Shown: one piece after another, positions 14,101 to 28,835 of the stretch | How positions within the stretch are numbered: position 1 is the first letter of the stretch | How the letters are laid out: every line of letters starts with the position of its first letter | Source: Callorhinchus milii | Lineage: Eukaryota | Length of the DNA stretch: 64,000 nt | Assembly: GCF_018977255.1 (NCBI RefSeq) | Contig: NW_024704743.1 | Span: forward strand, 15,998,001-16,062,000 | Direction of reading: 5' to 3' | Notes under the pieces: generated by a model | The model's input: the letters and a program-made list of their open reading frames with translations, nothing else | Told to the model about the DNA's origin: nothing | The model's database searches: none | Made by a program: the position numbers and the translations under genes

Positions 14101-16684
14101 GGTGGCCACACTATGTCTGCCCCCCAAATGCTTAATGCTGACAATGAGTGTCAAAAATATTATCAGCATTGTCTAAACTTCTACTCAATGAATATAAACA
14201 GAATTGTTTTAGACACCTCCAAAGAAGAAACACCTTGTTTCTACATTCAACAACTTGCACTTATATTGCATCTTCCATGTAGGGAAAAATTTCAAAGCGC
14301 TTTATAGAGACAGAGTGGAAACCTGAGCATAGTGGAAAGGTTTGGAGGGAGTTGACCAATGGTACAATCAAATAGGTAGATTTTTAGGAAGGTTAATAAG
14401 GAAGAAAAGGAAGGAGTTTTAGAGAGTCGGGGCATAGTGGCTAAAAGCTCAGTCACAAATAGGGGTAGGGGGGAAGATTTCAGCAGCCTGATTTTGAATA
14501 GCCAGACTCTTTGAGGAAACCCACATCAATAAAGCAATAGAGTAGTGACATGATCCTCATTAAGATTCCTATATAACAAGTTAAAAGTGAAAAAGAAGTT
14601 TTGTTCTGGGTCATATCTTGTTATAATTTATACTTGTATTGCCTCTTATATCTATGGAGTAAACGGATGTGACCCCCAACCATCCCCCCCCCCCCCCCCC
14701 AACTCCCAAAAGACTTTGGCACAATGGTTGAGCCTGATGATGGTTCCAAGAGTATAAGTGATTTCCTGTGAGCAGCCTCGACTGCTGAGGCTGACCTCGT
14801 ACAACACAGTTTTTGCGTTGCTCTCAGGGCTGGGTATCTTGAATTGACAGTGAAATACTATGATCAAGAATAATGTCAGCAGTGAAGTCTTTATGCATTG
14901 TGCTGAAGTCAGGAAAGATAATAATACTAATAATCCTTGCATTTGATATAGCACTTTTCACGTCTTCTAGACGTCTCAAAGCGCTTCACAGAAATATACT
15001 GTGAATTGACTGTATATTTTGTGGGCGAAACTCGGCAGCCAATTGCGCACAGCAGTGTCCCACAAACAGTCATGGATTGAAGTGACCAAATTATTATTTT
15101 TTTTGGTTGAGGGATTATTATCAGGCATGTGGAGTAAGGAAACTTGCCCAAGGTTTCGCCCTGTCGGGAATCGAACCCAGGTCTCTCACGCCTATGGCTA
15201 CTCTAAAGTAATAAAAGGATACGTTTCTTGACAGTTTCAATAATACATTGTTCTGTTGAGAAATATCTTATTTTGCACTCCATTATGGCATTAGTTTCAG
15301 TGATTACATTGTTCACAGTGCCCGCACACAAAACCTGGTACTGCTCTATGGCAATATTGGAAAGATCCTTCAAAAGTATCTGAATTCTTCAACATTAAGC
15401 TCCTAAACAAAAGCGCCCACCTGCACAAAAAGGCAAAACTGTAGTGCAACCGACAACTGTAGTGCATTGTGTACACCAATAAAACAGGATGAAGAAAAAG
15501 TAAATATAACTGCAACTATCTGAATATGTCTGAAACACACCAGACATGTTTGTGGAAGTCACTTGATTTTCAGCTCTAACTATACCCACGCAGTGAAATT
15601 CAGATCACAAACATAGTAAATAAATAGATTTATCCCTTTAACTTACAATGAGATCAAAGATCTACAGTAAATATAAATTGTTATGTAAAGCAAATGGAAT
15701 TTAGACTTTTACTTGGAATAATTTTCTCAATAATAAAATATCTTCTGAAACAGATATGCAGCTTGGTTGGAGGAGACTTCAATATTTTGTTTATTTTTTC
15801 CCAGGAGAAATGGTCTAAACTGACATTTAACAAATTTGTCTAATATTTTTATTCTACCTCCCAGTAAGCCACAATGACCTAATTTCTGAAAACCCAACTG
15901 GCTTATCACATGGAAAAGTTGTGCAATTCTGTCTCCTGCTGGGCATTTTCATCAACACAAAGAATTATTAGAATAATGCAATCCAGTCCAATGCTGGGGA
16001 GCACTGCATTGTCAAGATGCCACTTTTGAGATGAGATATTTAACTGATGTCCTACCTAACTATTCATGTGATCCCATATGAAACAATTTGAAATAAACAA
16101 GTGAGTTTTCTCTATTGTCTTCCAGATAAATTGGTCATTCACTTGAGTGCTGTTTTTGGGGACTTTGCTGAACACAAACTGGCTGCTGAATTTATAATAA
16201 TAATAAGCCTTGCATTCGATACAATGCCTTATCATTTGGTTGAGATATCTCAAAGCACTTCGCAGAATATACTGCAAAGTGGGGTAACTGTGCATTTTGT
16301 GGGCAAACATGGCAGCCAATTTGCACACAGCAATGTCCCACAAACAGCCACAGAGCGAATGACCAATGTTATTTGTGGTTAGTTGGCCAGGACTCCAGGA
16401 GAAATTCCCTTCTCTTTTCTATCCATGGGATTTTGCACCTGAACAGATGGGACTTCACTTTAACATCTCCTACAAATATACAGTCCTTACACGTTACTAT
16501 TAATAACAATAATAATCCTTGCATTTGATTACTTCTTTGTGATGTCTCAAAGCGCTTCACAGAATATACTGTAAAATGAATTGACTGTACGTTTTGTGGG
16601 CGAAACACGGCAACCAATTGCACACAGCAGTATCCCACAAATAATTATGGATTGAGTGACCAAATTATTATTATTTATTTATTT

Positions 16685-17070
16685 CAAGATCGATTTCAAG
16701 ATCCTCTCACTTGTTTTCAAATCCTTGCACCTCCCTACCTATCCGACCTGCTTACCCCAACTCCACCACCGTCTGCCTCCGCTCGGTTGGCTCCGGCCTC
16801 CTGTTTGTCCCTCGTGCCCTCCATTCAACTATCGGTGGCTGTTCCTTCAGACACTATGCCCCGAAACTCTGGAACTCTCTCCCTCAATCCCTCCGCTTTG
16901 CCCCCTGCCTCCTCACCTTCAAATCCCACCTAAAGACCTTCCTTTTAGATCGTGCTTACGGTCAGTTCCCCCTCCCTCTCCCCCTGGCTCGTTGTCAGAC
17001 TCCTTCAGTCAAGCGCTCCGGGACATTACTCCGCATGTGGGCGCTATATAAATGCAAGTTGTTGTTGTTA
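16685..17070 (+). mobile_element. L2 3' fragment nested in a minus-strand SINE
   Basis: IDFKILSLVFKSLH...LWNSLPQSLR; SINE 3' half at ~16500-16680 and 5' half at ~17075-17260. Confidence 0.85.
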
Positions 17071-18619
17071 CTTGAAGGGATTATTACCCACGGAAAAGCA
17101 ATCCGCCAATCGAGTAACAAGCAGGTTTCAATTACTGCTAGTTGAACAGAGGTGTGTGGAGTAAGGAAACTTGCCCAACGTTTCACCCTGCCCGGGAATC
17201 GAACCTAGGTCCTCTTGCTTGTGAGGCGAGTGGTCTAATCACTAAACTACAGGATTCTATCGTGTGCAAAGCACTTTGAAATGCTTCACATTATGGGTGC
17301 TATATTAAATGCAAGGATTATAACAAACTGAATGTAAAAATAAGAATGTTTTTTGGAATAAAATTTTATAATATTTTCCATAAACAAACCCACAGCCCTA
17401 TCTCATGCTGTTGGAAACTGACCCAGTGTACACTGAAAGCTTCAGCTGAATCTGTATTTTCTTCAAGACATCCTTTTGCATAAGTCAACATCCATAATAC
17501 AATTCAAATTTACATTTATATGGTGCCTTTCACGGTGGGAAGATGTCCCAAGGCTCTAAAAGTATGAAGAGATTATTCCTTTGTCTTAAAACTTGTTTTC
17601 TTCATTTTCTAACCATGCTGTCTGGCTCTCATCTTGCATATAACACATCTTTATATTTACCTAACCTATTCCTTTTATTATTTTAACAACTGATCACATT
17701 CACTCCTTCCCTCCCCCTCCATCATCATCTTTACAGTGAAACAGACTTGGTTCTTTTACCTGATCTTTGTTGTTAAATAGTTGGATAGAGGTCATCTTTG
17801 TTGGCCTGCTCTGAATCCTTTCTGATCTGACTCTGCACGGGGTGAATCTGTTGGAGGTGTCGAAGAGCAAGTATGTTTTGTGCTGATGCTGTTTACACTA
17901 AACATAAACATGTGGGAACTTGAAAGTAGGGACAGATGAAACGTTGGCTAAGCTTGTCGAAGTTAACAATCTGAGTGGAATTAATACTAAAGGGAACAAG
18001 CAAACTGAATAGTTTAGGGTGCTGATCAGGGAAGTATCTGATGTCCTTAATTTAGATAAATGTAAAACTGATGAGATTGGGCAGATTACGACTACATATT
18101 AAATATAAGAAGCCAACAAGACACAACCCAAAAGAACTGTCTTGAGAGGACTGGTAGATAACTAAGTGAAGATAGCCACAAAATGCGCAGCAATGGTGTA
18201 TTAAAAAGCAAACCAGATTCTCGGGTGTAGCTGGAGAGATAGACACAAAAAGAGTGATCTTGTCAAAGCAGTAGCCCAGCTATACCAGGTGCACTGAGTA
18301 CAACTCCTGCCTCTACAATACGAGCATCCTAGTATTCGATAGAGTGCAGTACTTGGTAGACAAATTATTGCTGTGTGGAATTGGGCATCACTCACACACA
18401 AGGAGAAACTGTGAAAACCGTGAATATTTACTCTGACAAAAAGATTAAGAATAACCTATTAAGCTTTATTGACCAATAATACGCTCGATTCGAGAAGCTC
18501 ACAATAAAAGATCACACTCTGAAGCTCAGAAAGGAGGGGTGAGAGTTTTGATTTAAAAACTGAGCTAATGGTTTAGCACTATGGCACTATAATCCACTAT
18601 AATCCAGATAATCCATTAT

Positions 18620-18945
18620 CTGGAACTCCAATGCAATGCTGGGTGAGTGCTCCACTGACTAAGGTGCCACCACTTCAGATGAGACGTTAACCTGAGGCCC
18701 TGTCTGCCTGTTCTACTGTATGTTTAAAGATCCCGTGGAATGATTCAAAAAGAGAGGGGAGTTTCTCCTGGTATCCTGGCCAATAATTCCTCAGATAAAA
18801 AATAGGTCATTCACCTCATGGCGATTTGTGGGATATGGCTGTGTGCTGCTTTCACTTACAAATGCAGTCACTACGGGAACTCGGTGAAGCACTTTGAGAC
18901 ATGATAAGGTACTATATACAAGGATCATTATTATTATTATGAGTG
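18620..18945 (+). mobile_element. Deu-domain-like SINE (DeuSINE type)
   Basis: gatgagacgttaacctgagg...taaagatcccgtgg...ggggagtttctcctggtatcctggccaa resembles the Deu domain as I recall it; L2-like tail. Related pieces at ~1290-1560, 15980-16190 and 31850-31970. Confidence 0.6.
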
Positions 18946-20140
18946 ATCTCTAGCACCTGAATAGGCATAGCACTTTGGTTCAAAATCTCATCCAAAGGAC
19001 AGCACCTCCAAATGGCATGCACCCCTCGCACTGCATTGGATTGTCAGCCTAGACTTGTGAGTTTAAAGTCCTGACTCCGACGCAAGAATGCTACCAACTG
19101 AACTGGGCTGATATGTTAATTAGATAGATGATGGAGATTATATGGGGGTGTAGGGGTGCAGAGGAAGGGATATGAGAAATAGTAAATAATGAGATCACCC
19201 AGACAAGCTTAATGTTCTTTTCCTGTCTTGTACATTCCTGAGTCTTTGGATTTCATCCTTGAGCATAGAAGTGTTTAGTTGATGTGTCGGTATTGCCAGC
19301 AACCATAGACTAGACTCCAGACTGTTCTCATATGTATATCAAAAGAAGAATTCTCTCTCAGAAGTCAAAATGGAACACAGAAATCTGGAGAATATTGACC
19401 TGGAATCACCCAATTTAAACTGAAGAGATGCTAGAGTAACAAGATTTTCCCAGAATTCTGTCCCTTGTGTCCGGGGCATAGATAATCCATTAAATATTAT
19501 GCTTTAAGGGAATGGTCGCTGGAACACGAATAAGAGCATTCCTCTGCCCCTCCTAAACATGATTGTAAGATGGAACTGTTATGATTTTCTTGTTGGAAAG
19601 CGGATGAATATATATATTGATTATCCAACAAGAATAACCATTATAAACTTTTTCAATCAATCTTAGCCTTTTATGCTGTTTCTTTTGTCTACCCGACAAA
19701 TATTAATTTAAAGATGTTACCTCAGAGAAAGTCTCCATCTGCTGTGCTATATACAGTATCAACAACCTGCGTGGTATGGAATGCATCAGTCCAAAAAATA
19801 AATTTATTGGGCTGACAAGAAGCAAGAACATTACTGCGATTGCAAGTTATAAGGAGAGGAATAGACAGATGATCAGACACTACGTAACACTATTTCTTGT
19901 TCTGCTTGAACAAGGAAATGTTCCTTTATGAAGGAATGTATCCCTAGATGAACCCTTATGTCAGGGTTCAAGATTGGAAACATGGGTATTGGAAATATGG
20001 TATGAATAGATATTCTAGTGTTTTGCTTTGGAGAGTTTTTATACACAGATTAATAACTTGAATCTATAATAGAGGATATTGTACATGTGAAGTGGAAGGA
20101 GAAAGCTTAATAAAGCCTTTGTTTCGGTCTGAGCTCTTTA

Positions 20141-21130
20141 CTACAACAACAAGATTCCATTTATAGAGCGCCTTTCACGTCGGGAGGATGTCCCAAGGCA
20201 CTGGACAGTTGGGTCAGGACCCGAGCATTGGGGGGGAAATGGTCAGGGTGAGAGGAGGGAAGGGAGGGAGCGAGGAGGGGTAGAGTCGAGAGGGGAGCTG
20301 AAGGCACGGTCAAAGAGAAAGGTCTTGAGACCGGCCTTGAAGGAGGAAAGGGATGAGGCGGCGAAGGCACTGGGGGATAGAGTTCCAGAGCCTCGGGGCT
20401 GAGAGGCTGAAGGCCCGGCCACCGATGGTTGGGCGGTTGGGGCGGGGGATGTGGAGCAGACCGGAGCCAGAGGAACGGAGGGTACGGGCAGGTAGGTAGG
20501 GAGATAGTAGGTCGGAGAGGTAGGAGGGAACAAGGCTGTGAATGGCCTTGTAGGTGAGGATCTTGAATTTGATCCTCTGGGGGATGGGGAGCCAGTGGAG
20601 GTGAGCGAGGGTGGGAGTGATGTGGTCGCGAAGCCTGGTGCGGGACAGTACACGAGCTGCAGAGTTCTGAATGACCTGCAGTGTGGAGGGAGGTGGCGGG
20701 AAGGCCGGCGAGGAGAGAGTTCCCATAGTCCAGCCTTGAGGTGACACAGGTGTGGACCAGGGTTTCAGCAGCGTGAGGGGTGAGGTAGTGCCGTAGTCTG
20801 GCGATGTTTTGGAGGTGATGGAAGGCGGTGCCAGTTGTGGTGCGGATATGGGGGAGAAAGGACAGCTCAGGGTCGAACAGAACCCCGAGGTTCCTGACCG
20901 GCTTTGAGAGGTGGAGAGTGCAGCCTTGGATGCTGATGCTGTCAGCGCCTGAGGTGCGGAGGCACTGACGTGAGCCAATCAGGAGGGCCTCAGTTTTGTG
21001 CACGTTGAGCTGAAGAAAGTTGTCTCTCGTCCAGGACTCGATGTCGGACAGGCAGCTGTCAGGACATCGGTGGTCATGGAGTTGAGGGTAGAGGAGGAAA
21101 GGTAGAGTTGGGTGTCATCCGCATACATGT
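20141..21130 (-). mobile_element. Young L2 LINE 3' fragment (subfamily A)
   Basis: [37 protein letters not shown]; 3' end ...cccgacgtgaaaggcgctctataaa and TTG tail. Confidence 0.95.
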
Positions 21131-24100
21131 GTAGTGTGAGCTGAGGAGAAAAACATCAGTCACCAATCTCCAAACTGCTCTTGCACACCGCCATATAGCT
21201 GGGAATAGAACACTGTTGGTAAATAGCTGGAGGTACATTCCTCTCCACCATTTCATGGGTCAAAAGGGGGAGAAAAGTGGGGAGAGGAGAAAAGTAGGGA
21301 GAAGGGAAGAGTGGGGAAAGGAGGGCAAAAATGACGAGAGGGTGATTTTTGTTAAAAAAAATTGGGTCAGAAACAATCATAAAAGAAAAGGGAACAATAC
21401 ATCCCAAACATTCACTGTAGGTTGCAGCTCATGCTCTTTATCTAAAGGATTATTATTATTATAATACTTATCTGTTAGGTAAGTTCTAGGTAACAGGATT
21501 CAGCTCACAATTGAGATTCCAACCATTATAAACTGTATAAATATGAGAGCTGATCACAAGGTTATCAGAATGTATCTGAACACCCCCAGCTCAAGCTTAA
21601 ATCCCACCTAACCAAGCTGTTAGTATTAAAACCTATTGGACTTTGAGAAAGAATTACAAAAGGTTGGGCTTCGTTCAAATTGCAACAGAACAAACTACAG
21701 TATTTAACTACACATTTAACAGGTGTTCCTCCTTGGAGGGATAATAATCCCCCCCTTTGGAGGGATAATAATCCCTCCAAAAAACCAAAAACAATAATTA
21801 AATTGGTCATTTTCAATCTACGACTGTTTGTGGGACATTGCTGTGCGCAATTGGCTGCCGCGTTCGCCCACAAATATACAGTCAATTCACTTTACAGTGT
21901 GTTCTGTGAAGCGCTTTGGGACGTCCTCCCGACGTGAAAAGCGCTATATCAAATTCAAGGATTATTATTATTATTATTATATTATTATGTTCCTGGGGGT
22001 AAAGCGAAACTGTGACCATACTTTCAGTTGGTGCTTCCTTATGACGTAAACCTATATCAATACTTTAAACTATTCCATTCCACTAAAAATAAAATGAGTT
22101 GAAGAAGGCAATCATACAAAGGGGACTCGGCAATACCCGACTCATGCTGCCCTTCCCCAATGTTTTCTCACGATCTCCAAGAAGACATTTTCCAGCAAAG
22201 CTTCAAGAGGTTCCTAACCTCTGGGAAAAAAAACAAGCTGCTCCACCCAACTATACTCACCACGCACGTCAAAAGGAAAGTGCAAGTCTTTGGGTCTGAG
22301 CCCGACACAGCAGGCACCTTTGTGACGCTGAAGCCAGATTACATGAGGGCCAAATGACAAGACAGCACGATGGTCAAAAAAGATGAATAAGGCAGAGCGA
22401 CGAAGCATTAATACTCAAGCTGTGCTTGAGATTGATTCCCGCACTGCTCGGTTCCCAATATTAACCATCCTGAGTGTGGAGATGGCAAGGAAGCAGCAGG
22501 CAAGCAAATTCAAAGAATGAGTGTCACATCTGGACAATCTGTAGAGCCATCAGGGAGCTGACTATACAGGACAAGGGCACCAGTCCATGAGCAGCCTGAC
22601 TGCTCTCTCTCTCTCTCTCGACAGCCGAGTTACCAGGGGCCAGCAGACTGAGAGCTAATTTACCTTAAAAAGGGGAAATTTTAAAATGGGAAAAAAAGGA
22701 GACAAGTAAAGATAAACAGATGGAAATGCTAAATGCTGACAACCAAGAGAAAGGAGGCGGAAACATTTATTCCCAAAAGGACTGACAACTTAGTTTAATC
22801 TGTCTAATATGCTTCTTTGTTCAGTGTAGGCTGAACTGTCTTTAACCTTCAGTAGTTTATTCTTTATTGAAATGTTGACATAAAGTCTAGCTTTAGTCTG
22901 CCATATTCAGTGAAGTGGCCGAGTGTGTTATAAATGTCTTAGTGCCTAAGGATGTGGTTTTGTAAGGTACCAGACTCAATGCACTAATTCATAGCTGGAG
23001 CACACACTCTGATAAAAGCCCAGTGACAGGTGGGGCAATTGAGGTAAGGATGGCAAGCGGACTTTTTTAGTTTCTTCCAGCAGAAGTGGTTCCAAAGTGA
23101 CATTCTTGACAATGGAATGTCAGAATTGAGTCAATCTTCTATGGCGGTCTCGGGAGCCTGGTTCCTGAGCCAAATGGGTCCGCAGTACTCCAGGACACTG
23201 CTGACAAAAGACCAACCTGCCTGGCTCATCGATAGGGTTTGGGTGGGCTGATTGAGGGCAGGAATTGTTTGCTCAGCTCCCACAAGCCAAAGTCCAACAA
23301 GTCAGTGGTCCTAGCTGGACACACGTCTGGAAGCTTGCCAGACAGTGCAGTGCAAGCAAGGCAGTTTTAGCTGATTAAACTCCAGCAGTACCTTGACACA
23401 CGCTCTGGGCACCTTGGCTCTTGCTAACTTGCATCTAAGACTCTCCAGAATTAGGTAAGCAGGAAATGTCCCTCCAGGGAGAGAGCGTGCATTCCATTCC
23501 AAACCACAAATTTCCATGTGTTGGTAGCATGCATGAAACTCTCAGTCTGGATATTCTTAGGTATGGATTTCCACATGCGTCACACACCCAGATGACCAAA
23601 CAAATTGCAATCTTGCATCTTCCCACTTACGATGATTGTTCCCCTAGCCAAGTTCTATATTAGGGTGGAGACAGAGGGGGAATCCATACATGTGGTTACA
23701 AGTAGTTTCATTCTCTTACACAAAACATACCTGCAGGTTCCCAAACAGATCCTGCCACCAGGCATCTCAGAGACAGAGATAGAGTCTAACTCCTTCATTC
23801 AGACAGACTTGCAGCTGGATACTGAACAGCATTGACTGTTAATTTAGTCAAACTTTACTTAGATGGAACAGCGCAATACAAATCTGCCTGCTCACTGGGC
23901 TCCAGCCTGCTTCGCATCTCCCGCCTTGCCTGCCCCACCTTTGACTGGGGGTCTTCAGCCACTCTGCCCCCACTCTCTAGAACTCCATCCTGCAGTCCCT
24001 CTGCCTCACTTCCTCACTTGCCTGATTTAAGACCTATCTCAAGACCCTCCACTTTGATCACCCTCCTTCGCCCACCTGCCCTCCACCCTCCCCGATCCCT

Positions 24101-26761
24101 ACCCTCAGCTCAGGTCCGAAACACTGTTTGTCCAGCGCCTTGGGATGTCCTCCCGACATGAAAGGCGTTATACAAACCTAATTTTGTTGTTGTTATAGCT
24201 TCACAATCAATGATCTTATGATTAAGCGCTATATCAAATGCAAGGATTGTTATTATTATTAATATTATGAAACAACAGCAATGTCACTGCCTGCTACATA
24301 GAAAGAAAAGTCTGGACAGAAACCATTAAGATTAAGCATGCCAGGAAGGGTGGTTGAGGCCAGCATGCTGGACTCATTGGAAAAAAAGCTTGATGCTGTG
24401 TTAGGAAAACTGTAGGGTGGGTTTTCTGGAAGGATGAAGTAAAATGGGCCGAAAGTACCTTTGTCATTCAAACCAATCTTGTGATGGGCTTCCCACTCTT
24501 TACAAAAATCTATCCGCCAGGAAACAAAATACTATGTTTTGGGACCCTATCAATAAATCAGATGGAAATGACAGAAAAGCATTGGTCAAACCAAGCAAAT
24601 TTCAAGTCATTCTTCAAATTGTGTAATCATTGTAGTGTTAGTGAACCTGCGTTGGACAGATTTAAGATGGAATTTTACAGGTATCTCAAACTCAAAGCAT
24701 CTTATGACTTGAAGTTCTTTAATATCAATTTTCAGACTCACTGAAATGTTAGTACAAGTTAAGGGGAAAGATGCCACTTCATTCGACTTAGCAAACTTCA
24801 AGGGGAAAATTGAACATTTTGCCTTTCTTCTGCCAAGAGATTATAGGCATATAATACATATGGCGTTTAAGGATTCATTAAAGATGATTCAAAGAACTGC
24901 AAAATCACAAAAACAAGTGTTTAGAATTAAGATAAAGTTAAGATAAGACTGTGATCTTGGTTAAGGTACACAAACAAGAACAATTTGACTAGACTTATTC
25001 AATCCCCTTCATGAGAAAGGGCAGTATTAATCACTCTTGTCATTTAGGTGAATAAAATTGCCTGCAGCAGTACAAATTAGATTTTTTTTTATTCCCTCCA
25101 AGCTAGTGGCTTCAGAAATTATCTACAAAGATACCCTTTTTGGTCCTTGCTCCCACATCTCCATATTTAACTGTCCATCACCTCTTAGCGCCAATACTAA
25201 AAAATATCCTTCTGAAAATTTCGTAGCTGATAGAAGTGGTAAGAGACTCTTTAGTGGCCACACTTCATCTCAACTCATTGGAGACGTTTCTGTGCTGTGC
25301 CTCAGGGTCATTGGTGCAAGCTACAGGATAATATATAGATATTGAGATTATATCACAGTAAATAAAACTCATTACTTAAAGGAAATCAGTCGCTTAGAAA
25401 TAAATGGGGGGGGGGGGTCTTTTTTAATTTTTTTACATATTGTTATATATTTTTTATATATGTGATATGTTTATATATTTATGTTATAATATTTACATTT
25501 GATATATATTGATGTTGCAATACAACTTACATTTACATAGCACCTTTCATGTTAGGAGGAGGTCCTAAAGCACATTCACAGTGGTGGTAAGGTGGGGCTG
25601 GGAGCCAAGGCAGGGGAAGGGGGGGATGCTAAGGTGGTGGGAAGGGGAAAGATGACCAAAACCGCAGTCAGAGGTATGTTTAGAGATATAAAGACATAGA
25701 GGTTTGTTTAAATGTCTCGAAAGGGACGAGGAAGGGAATAAGTCGGAGGGACTCGGATGGAATTCCAGAAAAAAAAAAATTCCGCCCTGGGCACACGAAG
25801 CAGGATGATCACCAAGTCAGCAGCCAGATCTTTAGGGGTGAAGGAGATCACAGAAGTAGAGTGGCCCAAGATTGTGTTTAAAGTGTTATATATATTCATT
25901 AAGTACTTGTTGGATGTAATGTGTTATACATTATGTGTTGTATATTATTAAAGGTTTAATTATTTTTATATATTTTAAATGTTTTATCTGTTAGACTTTG
26001 TGTTACACATTTAATATAGATATATATAACTGCATTAATTGTATATAATTTTGTTGTTGTACACATTATAGATTAAAAATGTTTTATATAAAATAAATGT
26101 GAGCTGTTTCACATTATATATTACTATAGATTATAAATGTTTTTATTATATAATAAATGTGAGCTGTGTTACATATTATGTCGTTCTCTATTATTGTTTC
26201 CATCTTATGGATGTGTTAATATGGCAGCATATTACAGATGTGTTAATATGACACTGTTACAGATGTGTTAACGTAATATATTATAGATGTTAATGTTATA
26301 CTATAGCTGTTATTATTACACTATATTTTAGTTATTAATGTTACACTACACTATAGCTGTGTTAATGTTACACTACCCTATAGCTGTGTTAATGTTACAC
26401 TAACCTATAGCTGTGTTAATGTGACACTACACTATAGCTGTGTTAATGTTACACTAACCTATAGCTGTGTTAATGTGACACTACACTATAGCTGTGTTAA
26501 TGTTACACTAACCTATAGCTGTGTTAATGTGACACTACACTACAGCTGTGTTAATGTTACATTAACCTATAGCTGTGTTAGTGTTACACTACACTACAGC
26601 TGTGTTGTTACACACTATATCTGTGTTGTTATTATCTATATTATAGATGTTGTGACACTGTAGCTGTTATTATTAACTATATTATAGCTATTGTGACTCA
26701 AGCTTATTATTAACTATAACATAGATGTTGTGACTCTGTAGCTGTTATTACTAACTAAATT

Positions 26762-28335
26762 ACAACAACAACTTGGATTTATATAGCGCCCTCCACGCCG
26801 GACGGCGTCTCAGAGCGCTTTGCAGTAACGGATCCCGGGGCCGAGCCACGGGGAGGGGGAGGGGGGGGAAGGTGACCAAAGGTGCGGTCGAAAAGAAAGG
26901 TCTTCAGCAGAGACCTGAAAATGGGAAGGGAGGGAGCGAGACGAAGGGAGTGAGGAAGGCAGTTCCAGAGCCCCGGGGCATAGTGGCTGAAGGCACGGCC
27001 GCCGAGGGTGGAGCGGAGGACTTGGGGGACAAGGAGGAGGCCAGACCCGGAGGAACAAAGGCAATGGGTACTGTTTTGAGGAGAGAGGAGTTCAGAGAGG
27101 TCGGGGGGTACAGAGGAGTGCAGGGACTTGAACACGAGGGTGAGGATCTTGAAGTCGATCCTCTCTGGGATAGGCAGCCAGTGCAGTCTGGCAAGGACTG
27201 GGGTGATCGGGGAGCGGAGTTTGGTGCGGGTGAGAATGCGGGCGGCAGAGTTCTGAATGATTTGGATTTTATGGATGGTAGTGGATGGGAGACCGGCGAG
27301 GAGGGCGTTAGAGTAGTCCAGCCAAGAGGTGACAAAGGCATGGACCAGAGTTTCAGCGGCTTTTGGAGTGAGGTATTCACAGAGACGGGCGATGCGTGGT
27401 GCTGGTGAGGGGCCGGATGTGGGGGAAGAAGGATAATTGAGGGTCGAACCTGACGCCTGGGTATGGGTTCAGAGAGAAGGTCGGGTAGGTGGAGGAGGTG
27501 ACAGCTGTGAGATTTTAAACGTTGATGAGAGCCAAAGAGTATGGCTTCTGTCTTGTCAACGTTCAGCTGAAGGAAATTTGCGCTCATCCAGCCCCTGAGA
27601 TCTGACAGGCAGACTGACAGAACATCAGGGGACTGGGGGTCGCAAAGAGAGCTGGAAAAATAGAGTTGGGTGTTGTCTGCATACATGTGGAAATGTACCC
27701 CATGTCTGCGGATGACATCCCCAAGAGGGAGCATGTAGATCAGAAAGAGGAGGGGGCCAAGGATGGATCCTTGGGGTACCCCACAGGTGACCGGGTGAGA
27801 GTGGGAAGAGAAGCTGTTTGTGCAGATGTACTGCTGGTGGTTTTTGAGGTAGGACTCGAACCAGGCGAGTGCGGCCCCACTGAGGTGGATGACGGAGGAA
27901 AGGCGGTGGAGGAGGATGGCGTGATCGACTGTGTCGAACGCGGCGGAGAGGTCCAGGAGGACAAGGAGGCAGAGGGAGCCCTGGTCACAGATAGAGAGGA
28001 TGTCGTTTGTGACTTTCACAAGTGCAGTCTCTGTACTGTGGGCGGAAACCGGACTGGAGGGGTTCGAAGAGGGAGTGGGAGGAAAGGTGTGCGCGGAGTT
28101 GATTGGCAACAATGTGTTCTAGGACTTAGCGAGGAAGGGCAGGTTAGAAATAGGGCGTTTGAGGGATCAAGGGAGGGTTTTTTCAGGAGGGGGGTGATGA
28201 CAGCAGTTTTGAGGGAGGCAGGAACTGATCCGGAGGAGAGGGACTGGTTCATGACGTCAGCCATTAGTGGGCAGAGGAGGGGGAGCTGTGTGACCAGTAA
28301 GTGGGGAGGGGGTGGAGGCAGCAGGTGGTGGGTTT
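26762..28335 (-). mobile_element. L2 LINE, 5'-truncated, with degenerate reverse transcriptase
   Basis: STETALVKV, LLDLSAAFDTVDH, GVPQGSILGPLLF, YADNTQLY (catalytic YADD changed to YADN); frameshifts; (TTG)n tail. Confidence 0.95.
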
Positions 28336-28835
28336 CACAACATATTATAGATGTTGTGACTGCGGAGCTGTTATTATTAACTATATTATAGCTGTTGTGA
28401 CACTGTAGTTGTTATTAACTATATTATAGATGACACTGTAGCTGTTATTAACTATATTGTAGATGTTGTGGCTGTTGTTATTATTAACTATATTATAGCT
28501 ATTGATTGTAGCTGTTGTTATTATTAACTATATTATAGCTGTTGTGACTGTAGTTGTTATTATTTACTATATTATAGCTGTTGGCTGTAGCTGTTATTAC
28601 TAAAGAAAGAGCTGCTCCATCGGGACCCTTTTTAAGGGACCCTAGAGATACATTCGCTTTCATGTTCTTCTTGTATATTTCTCTCTAGTTTGCAAAAAGA
28701 AAGGTTTAGTCATTGGTTGTTTATTAATAATAATAGCAGGTAAACTGGCTGGGAAGGTACAGCAAATGGACCACTGACTTTGTTAGCACTTACTGTCTCT
28801 ATATAAAAATTCAAAAGAAATTCAGAAAGTCCTGT

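Noticed and set aside
26904..28112. 402-aa reverse-transcriptase ORF as a functional or domesticated gene
   Set aside because: Catalytic YADD is YADN; frameshifts at both ends; 5'-truncated L2.
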